DNA from: Phoronis australis
Lineage: Eukaryota; Animalia; Phoronida
DNA length: 64,000 nucleotides
Direction: 5' to 3'
NCBI GenBank assembly: GCA_002633005.1
Contig: NMRA01000233.1
Location: forward strand, 186,001 to 250,000
In this document: one piece after another, positions 37,401 through 52,400 of the stretch
How the letters are laid out: each line of letters opens with the position of its first letter
How positions within the stretch are numbered: the first letter of the stretch is position 1
Program-made: the position numbers and the translations under genes
The notes under the pieces: model-generated
Told to the model about the DNA's origin: nothing
Seen by the model: the letters and a program-made list of their open reading frames with translations, nothing else
The model's database searches: none

Positions 37401-40400
37401 AAGTATGAGTATGAGTCTGAGTACGGAGATTGGAGACTGGGCCCTGATCTTCACATTACAGAGCATGTTTCGCCTAAAACTCATTGACAACTTTCAGCTA
37501 CCGAGAACAAGAATTTCGAACTACTTTTGATGCGTACGTTTTGATAGCAAGTTGAGAGAGTAGTTCTGTAGTTTTCGAGATAGAGTGACAAGCATAAAAA
37601 TGTTAGTTTTCAATCAAAATTGTTTAGCGTTATTTTTTACTTAAGCTCAATCACAGTGGCCATGGTATTTGGCTGCATATTCTAAAAACGCAATGTACAC
37701 GTGCGAACGAAATGCATTTGATTTTTTGAAAAAATAATCCATACCATCATCAATTTTCGTTCCCACTGGCCTCTTAGTCGTCGTCGTCGGCGTGGCAGTA
37801 GATGGGGAGGGCTTGTTCATGGGTTGAGTTGGAGTTTGTTCGTTGTCGGATTCTGGCTCGCTGACTTTTTCGTCCTGTACCGTCTCGTTTATGTCAGACT
37901 CTGGTTGCTTCTGAGCGTGTCCTACTTGTCCGTCGTTTTGGCTAACTTCCCAGAAATTTTTCTCTTCACCAGGAGCTGTTTGTACATTGTATAACGTTTC
38001 AAATTTGTTAATGCCTCTACGGTATGAATTATTGTACATTTCAAATACAATAAAAACTCTAGCCCACCTGGGTACTGCGGAATGCTGAAGTATATGTTCG
38101 AACTTTGAGCTAAAAAAGAATCTATAATTTCCGCTGTAAAATTAATCACGGAAGCTTCGTAATTGTTTCGCAAATAGAGGATGTTCAAATCTACTAAATA
38201 TATCCAACCATAATACGTTTCCTGTTTGAATTAATATAGTGTTGCTAGTTTGCATATAACGAGGATAACACGATGTCATGCCTTGTCGATTTTGCCTTTC
38301 GAGATGCCTTACGTCGAAACACATACCGGTAAAGAAAAACGTTCTCCAGAACAATAATAAACTTAGCGCATCAAACAGAAATAACTAGTATTACATAAAA
38401 AGGATATTTCAGAATCAGTTCAGAAATACAACACATCAGTGAAAGAACAATAACAGATTCGTGCATATGTTCCGAGACAGAAACAACAGCAATTCAAAGA
38501 AAACACAGATTCCGTACTAGAAACGCACACAGAGCATAGCAATATAAAGTGTGCCAAGATGCTGCCAACGTTCCTTTAGCAGGCGCGGATCCAGTTCAAA
38601 GCCAAAGGGGGCCTGAAGAATCATAGTGATAATCTGACAATGGACCTACATAAGAGGTAAATCGTCTGTTACATCAATGAAAAAGTGATCATCCATAATT
38701 GGTGTCCGTATCCCTAGACTTCCTTCCTGGATCTGCGCCTGTGTAAATACTTCAAACCTTTAGTGGAATACTTTGATTCTCACCTGGGCACAAATGGCAA
38801 GTAATCGGGCAGTAGTCATATGGCATGTTCGCCCATTTCTTACATTCACGCTCTCCCCAACTTCCCCCGGCATGCTTACAAATGAAATAGTCCTTCGCTG
38901 CACGACAATCCACTGAAACCAATGGCAGATGAACGCTTTACGACACATACAGAGAGAACAACAGCCAGAGCTCGGTAACCCCCGCACACAAACATTTCCA
39001 TTCAAGCACATATATTCACAAGAAGCAGATAAAACAAAACAATGTGGAAGCTAAAAAGGAAAATTCTATCATGCAAAAAAGAGAACATCGTCACAAAATC
39101 CAGAAAACAGCCAACGATGAAGTTTCATTCCGGAAATTACGCAAGACACAAGGTCACTGTAATCCGTGCGCCATTACCTGGGCATAAGTGACAGAGCACG
39201 GGACAAAATTCGTAACCCATGTTAGCAAGGGTTAGACACTTGCTCTGCGTCAACTTGCCACGCCCACAAAATTTCAAATCACGGGCTCTCCTGCACGTCA
39301 CTGAAACAGGACTCTACTAAATCAACAGAATATTGAAATCAGTCAAGACTTTGCACCAGTCCAGACAACGATAACAACAGATGGACAAGTTTAATTTTCA
39401 GGTTTCTCCTTAGCAAAATTAAAAGAGAAAGTAAAACTAAAATACATCTTTAAAAGTTATCCGAATTAAATGTCAAGTTAACAAAAAACCCTACGGTCAG
39501 ATTACGTTGTATGTACCCCCACACCCAATACATCTAGTGCTAGTATTGTATAAGCTGTCGACAAATGATAAAATCTGGAAGAATTCTTCAAAGACGAAAA
39601 CTAACGCAGTCTAATCTTTGCAGAAGAAGCCATCACTGGAGTGGCCAGTAGTCTGACCAACAGTTTTTTGTGACAATCAGTCATGTAATTTAGAGCTCAT
39701 TACTTCCAAGACGAAATCTAATTCTAATGAGACTTTCTTAACTAATGACCGAAGATGTAAACGTTTACATCACTGTGGGGGCAATGAACTCTCTTCTGCA
39801 ATGCACGATACGTTTTTCATTCTATTGAGATGAGAAATTGAAGAGAGGGGATTTACTTTCTATTATTTTGTGTGACAGAGGGATGTATAGCTGAAAACCT
39901 TTTAAATACTTTTATTCTTACCCCTTCGCGGACAGCTCGCATATCTGACCAAAATGCTAGCGTTGAACCTTTTTGCTCACCACCCGAGTCAGTTTTAAGC
40001 GAAATTTGATGTCGAAACATATTCACGGATGCCACAATTAATTGATTTATGTGACAATAAAACAAAGGCTTCTTGCTGCTGCACATGTGTTTTTAGTTTT
40101 TGCTTCTCTATATGATGAAGAAAACGTAAACATATCTTTGTCCAGGACCAGCAGCAGTACTGCTGTATGTATATCAAGACCCGTATTTAATGTTTGTTCT
40201 TTAGGTTTCCTTGTGTACGTTATTTTGGAATATCAATATGCAAAGAAAACAAGAGTGTCTCGCGCTCGTAGGTGCCGTCAGTGGCAGTCTAAACACTTCC
40301 GGATTGCAATCACCAGGTGGCGAGACCGTCTCCTCCACCCTCGCTCTCCCAGGTCTGGTAAATAACGTGTCGTGGAAATTGTCGTGAATCCTCTCACAAA

Positions 40401-43400
40401 TAGTTCGGCAAAGAGACAAGGAGAAGGAGAAGGAGAAAAGGAAATGGCCGCTTGGTGATGCTGATGTCTGAAAATACCGCATGTGGTGCGAATCTCAACG
40501 AATATTAGCGAGACAATGCACTACCGATGGCTTACGAAGTAAACGTTCAGGATTAGCGTCGCACTCTTAAAATATTCGCAACTAAATTATTAATTCGAAT
40601 AAATAACTTTACTAAAACAAACTAGTTATGCGATATGCGGGCTATCCCGGATTCAGACTCAAAGTGTTTCATCTCGAAACCAATTTCAGTGTCGTGTGAG
40701 TTTCGGTATATTCGGCAGCACCGCAATCCCTCTGATTTTGGTCGAGGCGGGTGAAAAACGAGACCAGAGACTCGTTCTGTAACTAGTACTAGCACGTTCA
40801 TGGTGAAATCTCACGAAACCTTTCGTGATCTCGACAAATTTACAAGAAAATAGCCGGGAAAAGCAACCGTGAAAAGTGCCTTGAGACTGAATCAGTTTGA
40901 CCTTCAGCTCCAACTTGACAATTATTGAATAAAGATTTAGCCACATCAGAGCCCAGAAATATGTTAATGCAAATCATCTCGCTAAATCCCAGTTATGGGT
41001 ACATTCTCAGAGACTTTGTACTTCTGCTTTCAGTGAGATTGCATTGTTTTTCGGAAATATTTGTGTGAAGCCTAAGCCCCGGTTTCTGACTTGTAAGCCA
41101 AAAACTTAAAAGTAAGACCCCTGACGTTGAGTCTGATTTGGGTGGCAAGAATACTCGGTACTCGGCCAGTAGAAATGACTGAGCAATGCCACACAACAAC
41201 TCTTTTAAATATTTATTTATTAAATTTCAAGTCTGGTCATGATTATCATTGTCAGCTTCGTAAACTGTTTTCATTCGGCCAGTGCCAACAATTCCGAAAT
41301 CAACGTCGCAATCAACAGCTCAGCTTGAACAAGACTTGTAGAAACGAGATTTGTGCAATTTACAACAGCAGCTTGCCCCAAAGCTAATTACTACTAACAC
41401 AATTCCAGTACGAAAACGCCTGAAGCAATTTACCTCTGTAGTTGCTGAGATACCCGACAGACATGGAGCTCGAAAACCATTATCAACCCAGATTATGTGT
41501 TTTCACAAACAACACAACTCTCATACAATCACTTGTACAAAATGTCATTAGTTCCTATTCATTTTATTACAAAATAAATCTAATTGCGCACTTACTGATT
41601 GCGGATACGCGACAATCTTTTTACTGAACACGGCCACCGATTTCCACGGGGAAACAGACTTTAGTAATTATTCCATTGTATAATGTAAAGTGCATTCACT
41701 TAAACAATGCCCGTATCTCTGCACCAGTGTGGATAATTGGATCGCATTTGACACTTTATAAATTCACTGAAAACGGCTATTAGTCGACGGCGTCGATGAA
41801 TGATTCGAAAATGACCACCGTATGTAAACATATTAGGGAAATCATGGTAACAGTGTATGCACGCAAATCAACGACTTCAGAAGAAAGTAAAATATTGCAG
41901 TTCGCTGTGCGTCTCCTCAGTGATTCCAATTATTTATCATAACTCAGCATTCCAACCACACCGACCAACCACTTCAGTGACCACCATTTTGTTAAGTTAC
42001 TCTAGTAAAGTCTCGTTCGCGTGTTTTTACGTGGTCTTGCGTTATCTTGCTGTTTGCCAAACTCGTGGGCCTACGGAACGCATACCTGCTACAACCAATC
42101 GTGGGTAAGACTGTCGTACGTTAGATCTTTACAGGCAAACATTTTATATAGATCGCATGGTTTGTGAAGATGGTCATAAACTGTGAATACGGAATGGGGA
42201 TAAATTTAATTTATTTTACAACGTTTCATTTTTCTAAAAAATAAAGCATTTGGGTGTCTAAGAGCATCTGAGCTACGACCGGGCGCATGGCGTGTCTCAA
42301 AACCAAACTTATGCCCCTGGATCCTTGATCTAGATCTCCCAATGGCGAATCTGTCTTTGTAGACACTTTAATTTCTGATGAGAACTCAAACCGTTATGAC
42401 TGGAGGCAAGGGCGTTACTTAGGGTTAAACATACTCACAGCTGCAATCATCCTTCTGAATCCAGGAGCGTGATTTACACTGACAAGTACAAGTCCTTAGA
42501 TTCACTTTCCCGCCGTTTTTACAGACCTTTCCACCGCAGTCTGAAAGTAAAGAAAACACGATGTCACCAAGTTGTGATTTTAATGGTTAGTAGGTTGACT
42601 AATCAAAAAAGTTCACGGCTTTGTTTCTGAAATTGCCACATTGGCACGACTTTGTAGTAGTCGCTTGAGTTCGCCTTCGGAAAACCACTATGTGTGGCCT
42701 AAATTGTTGTTGATGGAATAATCGGTTGTTCGCGCTCAATGCTAGAGAGGGTGGCATACACACGTATTGGATTACTTCAACGTTGCACAAACGCCGTCTA
42801 CACAAATTAGTTTAATTGACAAATATTATATTTGGTTAAGAATAGCACGCCATGCGTACCAATCCTTTGGAATCCTTCCCAAAATTTACAAAGTTTGTCG
42901 CCACACTGTTGACGTCAACAACGATAACTGATCAGCCGGATTCCGTTGTAGAAATGAATGGAAGAACATTTGCTGTTACAAACAATTTGTAATAATATAA
43001 TATAATATCCTCATCTCTCTGCTTTGAGGGTTGTCGGTTTTTTCACCAGATATTTCGGAGCAGCCAGTAAAAAAAACGAGCCAGGCAAAGCTGAATTAAG
43101 TGAATTTGTGTACATGTGGTTCACACTTTGATTGACTCCAAGGACAATGTACGGCTTTTGATCCAATTTCACAGAACATGTCTCGGTCTAACCAGTCGCA
43201 GGCACGCTAGAAAGTACAGTTGCCAAACACTGCGTTTGTTTCAACTAATTACAACAGCTAGATGGAGCCCAAACGAACAATAGAGAGGTGTTAATTCCGA
43301 AACTATGTCCATCGCCAACAGACACCTGGTAATTTAATAAAGCCATCATCTCATTACGGCTAAACAATGCCCAGGAATATGGAGCCAATTATGACAGAAA

Positions 43401-46400
43401 TTAGTTACACGGTATCGCCAGTGCACCCGAGTCATGGCGTTAGCCTAATCGAGTGCGATAGGTTTATGCTGCTGGAGATATGATGAAAATGAGACCCGGT
43501 TCACATCAAAAGCTTCAGGCAATCGTCATGGTGGTAAAGATAATGCGGAGCAATTGTTGAGGTTCTAGACGATAATGGAATACAGATTCCGATTAGGTTT
43601 GCCAACAGGGAAAAATCAAAATGTGATGATAAAATTAGTATGAGGATAACCACATCAACTCGGCATGGTTACCACTGAAAAATATTCCAAGTGAATTCCA
43701 CGTGCGGAAGGTTGTGAGAGCGACATCTATGAACATAGATACTTTATCACATACCACAAAGACCGTGTCTGTAATCGTAGAATTTTCTACTACAAGAAGA
43801 ACCTTTTGTGCCCCTCCTGTACGGTAGATACTGCATGTTAGCAAAGTTACCGCTGAAAAAGAACATCAGGCGTATGTGAAATTTGCACTGTCTAGTATTT
43901 GTCTCAGACTCTAGAAATTGCAAAGACAACATAGGCGGACTTTTCGCAATTGCTAATTTCACTCACATGTCAATTACTATTGCCGCAGATAGAGTTTGAC
44001 AAATGCTGAAGAGGAAAACAATAAAAAATCGAAATCACAGACACCATACTGACGACGTAATCTAGTGTTTTTCGAAAGAATGGTTTAGCGCAATCGTTTT
44101 AAAACGTTATTGCAAACATGGAACGAAAATCTGTCACAGACAAGATGAATCGATTAGACCTGTATTGCTAGTTCTTGTAGGCGTCGTAAAATACCATCAC
44201 GAAAAGCAATAAACTTTAGCTTGAAATTGACAAATCGGTTTGAACTGAACTCGTTCAGGATTTTAGGGCAAACTTTTGAAGACTTCCTCAAGTTCTGGAA
44301 AAAATCATCTGTTATCTAACAAATTTCCAGTCGACCAAAACTAAACATACATGTGGTGCGCAAAATACGTTTCGCTCAACTGAGTATCCAAAAACAAAAC
44401 GTTCCAAAGTTATGTCGATGCATACCCCTGGAATTGCTGCGAGCATAACTTGACAGTTCTATGTACCACAATTAAAGTCCATTCTACCCTCTCACCTTGG
44501 TCCGTAGTTGCAGGCAAAGTAAGGAGTCGACCCGTTACAAACAGCGAACCCGCATCCTATTCTACTAGAGGTGGCCCACACCATCTGTAAATGTTGTATA
44601 CCATAACATCGATTGACAGAAAACAAGACCACCGAAAGAGTCAAAATCGAATTTACTTTTACGCCTTCTACTACATACAAACTTGTAAAACTATAGGAGG
44701 CTTCACAAAAGTAACATTTGCTTAAAGTGTAAAGCGCAATCCACAATCAGTGTTAGGCAGATTTTTAATCTGGTAGAGTTTAAAAACAAACGTTTGCCAA
44801 TTTAGACACGCGACAAACCGTTTTGCATTGTTCACTATTGTTAGACTGATCGCTACACTTACTAAAACGCCAGCTAACTTCGAGTGTGGTCGTGTTGCAA
44901 ACAATATTCTGTTTACAGTGTAGAAGTGAGAAGAATACCAAGTTCGTCACAAAACTGTTATTTGATATCTTTAAGAAATTTAATTAGCAACATCACATAG
45001 GCTTTAGCAAGGAGGCGAGTACTCAAGTTCTTGTCCTCACCTGTGTATAATGGCCTATGTCTTCACCGTTGGTGGAGCCGTGACCGTACTCGAAATGCTC
45101 GACCTCGGAGTGCCAAGCTTCTAGCACCGACTTCCACTCCTCAAAACCCCGAGCCAGATTCTGGCCAACAGGGTATGACCCTAAAGAAATGAAAACGTAA
45201 ACATGTGATGCATTCTAATACTTTATTTCAAAGTGCATGCTGCCCATAGTTAAATGACAATAACAATTGTCCAAATCCATTATCCATTCTATGTTCAGGG
45301 TGCGTCGAACCCAATGTCTGTCTATTTACCATCAGGTGGTAACAATTAATTAAAATAGTTAGCCCAGAATTCAGTGAAATTAACAATAATCTATCGAGTT
45401 CATCGTCTTCCATTACAGGAACTTGTGTATATCACACGTCATGTATTTGAGAAGCAGGCGTATACAATGATTTTAAGCAGGTACCTGGGATGTTCCTATT
45501 GAAAACTTCTTCGTGTCTCCAAATACAGTTACTCGCCCATTTCTGCGCCAGTTCCGCCAACTCGTCATCCCACACCTGAAAAAAAACAAACACCAATGGT
45601 CTCGAATTCATCGTTCAAAGAGGTTGTTTCAGTTACGTCAATAAGACGCACCGACCATACACTTCGCATGTATTCAGGTGCTAGCTAATTGATGTGTGAG
45701 TTATGAATTTATGAAAGTCGAACTACAGCATCGGAATACTTTTGAAAACTGGTGACCATTTGGGTACGAGGAGGGGGGGGGGGTGGTTTAACCCCTGACT
45801 AAGATGATAGCCGTGTGTTAGGAACGGGCAGTAAACGGAAGTTCACACATGCGCAAAAACACATCGTAACTGTATTAGTGAATCGGGCTCCTGATTATTC
45901 ACAGCATGATTTGGACCAGAGTTTCATAATAGGGATATCAATATCCACCACCGTCCTTACTTACAAACACCTGACGTGTTCCACTGAACAGTGCCGGCTA
46001 ACTTTCAGTCATATAAGTGCAGTATGCGACCGTTGCCGAGATCATTGCAATGCACAGTCTTTTGTTCTCATTAGCTATTCCTGTTCATTTGTTCCGCTAA
46101 TCTCGTTTACACATCCAGTCGCCGACGGAATTAAAATTTCTTATACCAAGAAGTCATGTTTTACAGTCACTATTGCAAGAAGTATGGATACCATAAAACA
46201 ATAACTCTGTTTTTTAAACATTTCTGAGATTTTTTTACATGAGAGCTTTTGCATCATTGATTTGAACCATTCATGCAGCGTGGACCTCCTGGAAAACCTC
46301 CGTCGTCATATACGGTGTCGGTTTAATGTCATCAATAGAGCCGCCTAATTGTATAATTAAGGCATTTGAGTACACAATAAACTGTGTCCAAGAGACACAT

Positions 46401-49400
46401 AAGTTTTGTTGGCGTCTGACAGCTATCTCTTAATTGAATCGTATAACGAGGGTCTTTAAATCTGCAAATCTCATCAAAGACTCTGATCATATGTTGTACA
46501 CGTTAAACTTCAGCCAAAGAGTGCGCGAGGTGTAATCGACCTCTGGGGGGAAATGTGCAACAATAGAGACACGATTTGAGCAACATTTGAGTTAGAAATT
46601 AAACTAAAAGAATGTTGTTTGATTTATTGTCTAGCGGTCAAAACAACAACATTCGGCCAAAGCAACTACATGAAGTACAGGGCATGGGGAAATCCTGTGT
46701 TCAAGTTCTCTGCAATGTTCTATCAAGCAAACGAATGATCTTGTGTGGGAGGTAGCGAGTGGCTGTTGTTCACGTTTGCCTGGTATTGTACAAGAAGACG
46801 GTGCTCAAAGACTAACTTAGCGTCTTATGGTGTCGATAAGGCCTTTTCGTTTGCGAATTTCGTGTAAAGAATTGGAAGCAATAAAGAACCCTGGTAAATG
46901 AAGTAGAATGAGAAACGCGTGTTATATATGTTATAGGAATAAAGTGAGATGAGTTACAAACGGATTTTCCTTCTGTGTAGAATGCAAGGTTGGACGATTA
47001 TTACCCACAGTTCATCAGTGTATAAACCACAGGGAATTGAAAACACATTCCCCCAGTTATTTTAAAACACATTATGAGAATGCTCCACTCACCATCTTCT
47101 CCATATTTGCTGCCGGTGGCTGTCCGCTATACTTTTCCACGTTTCCTCTGTAATGGTTGTGCATGTTGACAATCAAATATTTGGAGCTTTCGCTTAATCC
47201 TAGACACCAAAAAGAAACAACGCATTTTATAGAAGTGTGCATGCTACGTGATGTGCACAAGGGGGAAGATTTACGTTCGCTGGTAGACCTAGTTTTACTC
47301 AAGATCACGTTGCGTTTAACAGTTTCCTTTCTCTATCTTGATAATGGCAAAGGAAAATTAAGTGATTTCCAAATAACAGATGCACGTAAGTACTTTTTCA
47401 TTGGGCTCGAGAACCAAAAAACAGTCAGATTTTATCGAATATTACTCCTTTATCTCAGAAGGGGCCAGGGACACCCGATTCTTTAAAGGTACCTTGTAGT
47501 TGCCAAGTTTGGCCTGCTTGCACTGCTTGCTTTTTATTCCATAGAGCTTACTGCCCTAATGTGATTTGCATACAACGTGACACATATGTCAAACACTTTC
47601 TATTAGTGTTGAAGGACCCTCGTGTTTTCTGGAGTAAAGAATGTTCTTGAAAGTAGACGGATTATTACTAAAATGAGCATGAAAAGAGCTTTCTACTATC
47701 AATCGTATAAATTACACAGGCCACGAAGCAAGTTCAGTTCCAGTGAGCTGAGTTTTTACGTCAACAGTCAATTCAAAGGCATCTCAAGAACTCGTTCAAG
47801 CTCCGATTGTGCTATCAAAGAACAAGTGACGTCATTGAATAACGGTGACGATCTCTTCAGCAGACGCCCTCTGGAACTTTTGATCAATGGCTCAAATATC
47901 CAATGTACTTTCATGCTTGGCACAGAAAGTAAGAAATCACAAGGGTACCTGATTATCAGGAGTCGTGTGGAAATCGATACTGCTTTTCAATTTGTTGAAA
48001 TTGACTGCTGCAGACGTTTAGGTGGTCGAGCGTCACGAATTCTTAACGGGACTGCCAAATTAGCCACATTTGCAGATTCAATGGGTGCGCAAGACATGCA
48101 GAACCGGGCAACAAAAACTAAACTGATTTCCTAGTCGGAATATACACACTATACGTTTCGACAATTACTAAAAACAAGTAATGCTAATGCAGTAGATTTG
48201 ACGGTAAATTTCTACCTTGAAAATTTATTTGGTGCGACGCAAATTAAGCGCCAAAGTATTGCCATGGAATATGCACGCTACTGCGATTTGAAACAAGTGT
48301 GACCATGTTTTGAACAAGCAGACGTATCATATTCAACTGGAATTTAAGATGCGCGCATCAATACTTTAACCAGGTGAACCGTGATACGGTAACCACTCAG
48401 TCACCTGTTAAGAAAAACACGACGTAGTGGATTGCAATCCAAAGACACGCTTCTGTGTAATTTCTGAGCAGTACGAGGTATTAACCTTCAGGGAAATGGT
48501 CTAGGTGAATTGTTGAAAATTGAAATGCAGGTTTTATCGAAAAGTTGTGCAAATTTTTTTGCTGAAAGGCTTAGTCGTGTTCATTGCTAATTTAACATCA
48601 TCAGTCAAAATGGCACAGTGCATGAGCAAGTGTAAACTTTCCATCTACACGGGGAAATGAGTGGTTTGGGTCTTCAGCATATCTGAACAAGGTAAAAACA
48701 TGTCTTCATGAGTCTTTTTGTTATGTTCTTCTGTGTACGCATGCCTAGAATGAAGAATGATGGGAAATCCTCATACTTGGCGAATGAAAACCTCGTAAAC
48801 GTAAGACACTCGAAAAAAGGGTGGTGTGGTTACGTGCTGGCGATATCCTGCGAAGACTTGGTCGATCTTGCCTTTTTGGTAACGTCTTGTGTCTACGGAA
48901 CTTGTGTCTGGTCTGCTGGGATAAGTAAGATTTCCCACAATCCATCGCGCAAGGAACGTTTCCTTATACACTTAAACAGGGTGGCAGAGAGTGTGACCAG
49001 ACAGGGGCGTGGTTACGGCAACAACAGATGAGTGTTTGTTCTCGGCGTGCCGTCATTTGAGCTGACACCTTTGATAGCATACTCACCCTCTCGGATCCTC
49101 TTTGGTGGGTTTAAACACGCCGTGTGGTCGGGGGAGATCAGCGTAAACCGCAGTGGACATGTCTAGAAAGAGATTAGCGCCATCTGTACAATAGGCACCA
49201 CAACAATGACCGCCATGTCTGCGGTCTGTGAGCACGTAGAAATATTCGAAGAGAAAACGTGCTCATTAAGACAACACAGCATCGTTACTACAGCGCAAAT
49301 GAGTGGGTTAACAGAGAAGTGTGACTGAAATATATTTGCAACAGTATGGGGCTTGATTAGTATTGAAACTCCTACAATTATACAAACAGTGTAAAAAACG

Positions 49401-52400
49401 TTTCGAATTAAATTGGGACGTGGGCCAAACAGTGGCCTCGAGTCCAACACGCTGCATGGGATTTCAAACCAAAATATGACAAGGCCAAAGAATGTGAAAT
49501 GCAGTTGGTATAGTTATCAAAATTGTTAACGCCAAATTTAGAAAGACATTGATTGCGCATTAAATACTTTCTCAGTTCATTTTGTTGTGGTGTAGAACAA
49601 AAACTACAAAGCTGGGCTGAAGAATTGTTTCGTCGTTATGCATTAGAACACGAAGTACAAAGGGACGCTGTGCACTGTGGTTTCGAAATACACCGAATTC
49701 ATTGTTGTTATTGAATTTCAACAATATGGCCCCCACTTCAACTGTCATCCTTAACATCTACTTCGTGTGGACAATTAAACGATTGTTTGATGTTTACTCG
49801 TTGCATTATTCAAAGAAATTAAATGAACCACGGTTGTTTGATATTTGCACAGTGGAAAAAACAACCCACGTATTGGGTGCGATTATTACTGTCTTTCGCT
49901 TATTTGAAGAGCTAAATCACTACACACCGAACAAGGCAAACGAAATACATATAAAACGGCTTCATTAATACCACATCAAACACGTCGAACCAAAATCGTT
50001 AAACCAGTATAATCGCATACTTAAATGGATAGTCGTTAATTGATAACACTTCCTTAGAATTTATCATCACTTCACCGCAGTTGGGTTGCCTCTAATGCTA
50101 TTAGTTCCTGCGAGAGAAACTGTATACAGCTAATGTTGAAATTATGAGAACAGCTTTGGGTGTACAGGAATAATTTTAAGAGCGCACCCTGCGTCATTTG
50201 CGCAATAATACTTTCATTGACGCACTGTGATTGCTAAGCTCGCACCAACGAGCCCTTTAAAATTGGAAGTGGAAAGGGAAAAGAAAGTATAATGGTTGTT
50301 CTCCAAATTAGTGCAGACTTGAGGAAGTGTGGACTAATTTATCCATATCTACGTTTTTCTAAATTGACCGCTGAAATGCCGTTCAATACAGAAGCTTATG
50401 AATTATCTCGAAGTTTGTCGCAATGACGTTAACCACTTATTGATGAAAACATTGGCATTTGATAACTACTTGTGCAGTGTCCATTGCAATGAAAACTCTG
50501 ATAATGATAGCGATGCCGATAACGATAACAATGTCAACGTCGTTGACAACAAGCGATGGCGATGACGATGATTGTGCTAACGATGCTGATGACAATGGTG
50601 GCGGCGATGATGACAAAGGCCCTGCTGACGAGAAACGACCATGCCGATGTTGATGGTTTTCAAACCAATCAACCACTGTCCCATATTACAAATAACACCT
50701 TATAACCAACAATGTTCAAATGAGTACACATCTTATACATAGACAATAGATTCACGTCTATGTTTATTTTTTAGTAAAAAAGTTTGTTTTGGGTGGGCTT
50801 TCTTCTTAACTAGTTGATGTTAACTTGGATGCGGCTGCCCTTTTTAGTTCCCCAACTGTATTCATTGTCTTTTGGTATAGTAGTGTATTAAAGTGATGCG
50901 TGTGTTATAAGCGAAAATGAATTTGAAGAAGTTTTCCCGAATAAACATTATGACTGTCTTGCAAGAAAATTCGTGTTCATAGGGACACATATTTTACGGC
51001 CAAGTAATTAAAATTGCATTTCGCCCAGCTTAGCAGGCTAAAAAACGAAAATAGGTCTCATCATATTTCTTATTGTGACAGGATACCATTTGTATTACTA
51101 ACACAAGTCACGGGTAACGCTTACGTGAGTCATCTTTGAATTCGCAATTTTAGGGTTAGCCATTCGCAATAAATTCTTAAGCGTTTCTCGAGTCGCTATG
51201 TTCCTGTTGCAAAACGGAAATAGAATCCTATCAAGGTAAGCAATATTATGAGACCGATTCTATGAAAATTAAATGTCTAATTCGATTTTCATTTTAGCCA
51301 GCTAGACAGGACGAAACTCAGCTCTAATGTTGTATAAAGGATACATCAACGACAACAATTACTACAGATAGTTTATCCGGTGGAAATTCTATTCTTTTGA
51401 CTTGTTTCACTACAATAGCTGTGGCTGTACAAGAAAAATGACAAAAGTTGGACTTTCAACGTCGATCCTTTGAGGTTAGTTCATTTCCTCGAGAACGTCA
51501 ATGACACTCTGGCAGACGAACTCCAAATGACCCGCCGAAACCTGCGTTAGAGCTTTGATAACTAAGCACTGATCTGTAGTGCTTGCAGACATTCCGTTTT
51601 TCCGAAATGAATGTGAAAATATCGAGGAATACAAAAAATGTTGCAATCATTGTCCAAAAACCGCAACAGTAACCCACCAAAATTTGAATCTGATATAATT
51701 GTGAAATAACTTCAGACTTTTACTCACAGCGCCACATTGTGGTGTGACGTCACAAACAGAACACAAGTACACTGAGCGAGTCTTCAGAAATGAAGACTAC
51801 TACGGGTGTTGTTGTTGTATCTTCGAGTTCGACGAAGCTTTTCGATTTAAATTCAAAGAATTGATCAACTGTTGTTAAATGGTGAATGCCACAGAAAGAA
51901 ACTATGCACTTGTTATCTTCAGTGGCGCGTTTGTCACCTGTGATGTCATACAAGGCAAGAACAACATTTACAAAGAAAACATCATTACAGAACTAATTGT
52001 GTAACCTGAATTTGTTTGACGTAATAAACATATATGTGATATCAAATAACAAGGCTAATGTGACCTTGCAAGTTAAAAGTCTCGAGAAAGGAGACACATG
52101 AGCATGCGCAATCGCAACAAAAGATAAAATGCAGACTCACCGGTTGTGATACGTCTCCGGAGGTGAATTTCTGTTTTTGAGATACTGCAAAAGAAAATGT
52201 AATTTCCTAGCTTAGCTAAGTGATCTCTTACACACGATTAAAGCATATATGAATTCACACGTATAATTTGACTTATGTCGAGAGTCGGTTGCGTGAAAAG
52301 AGCACTGTTGCATCTCTGGCTTTCCACCTTGGTACATCAGCATGTAGACAAAACTGGTCCCTTTCCTCAGTGCACGAGGAAAGAACTGTGACAGTTTCGT

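Noticed and set aside
47622-48134. Longest ORF in the track (170 aa, + strand)
   Set aside because: Antisense within a CAP-gene intron, GTG start, no recognisable motif; probably chance or a TE relic.
50437-50676. ORFs with poly-Asp/poly-Ser and a hydrophobic stretch
   Set aside because: By-product of the degenerate GAT trinucleotide tract.
51728-51796. Extra exon suggested by a strong donor (gct|gtgagta) with an upstream ATG TGG CGC T
   Set aside because: The ATG frame is phase 1, which is out of frame with exon 49162 and makes TGA if joined to exon 47199. The phase-0 reading lacks a convincing acceptor.
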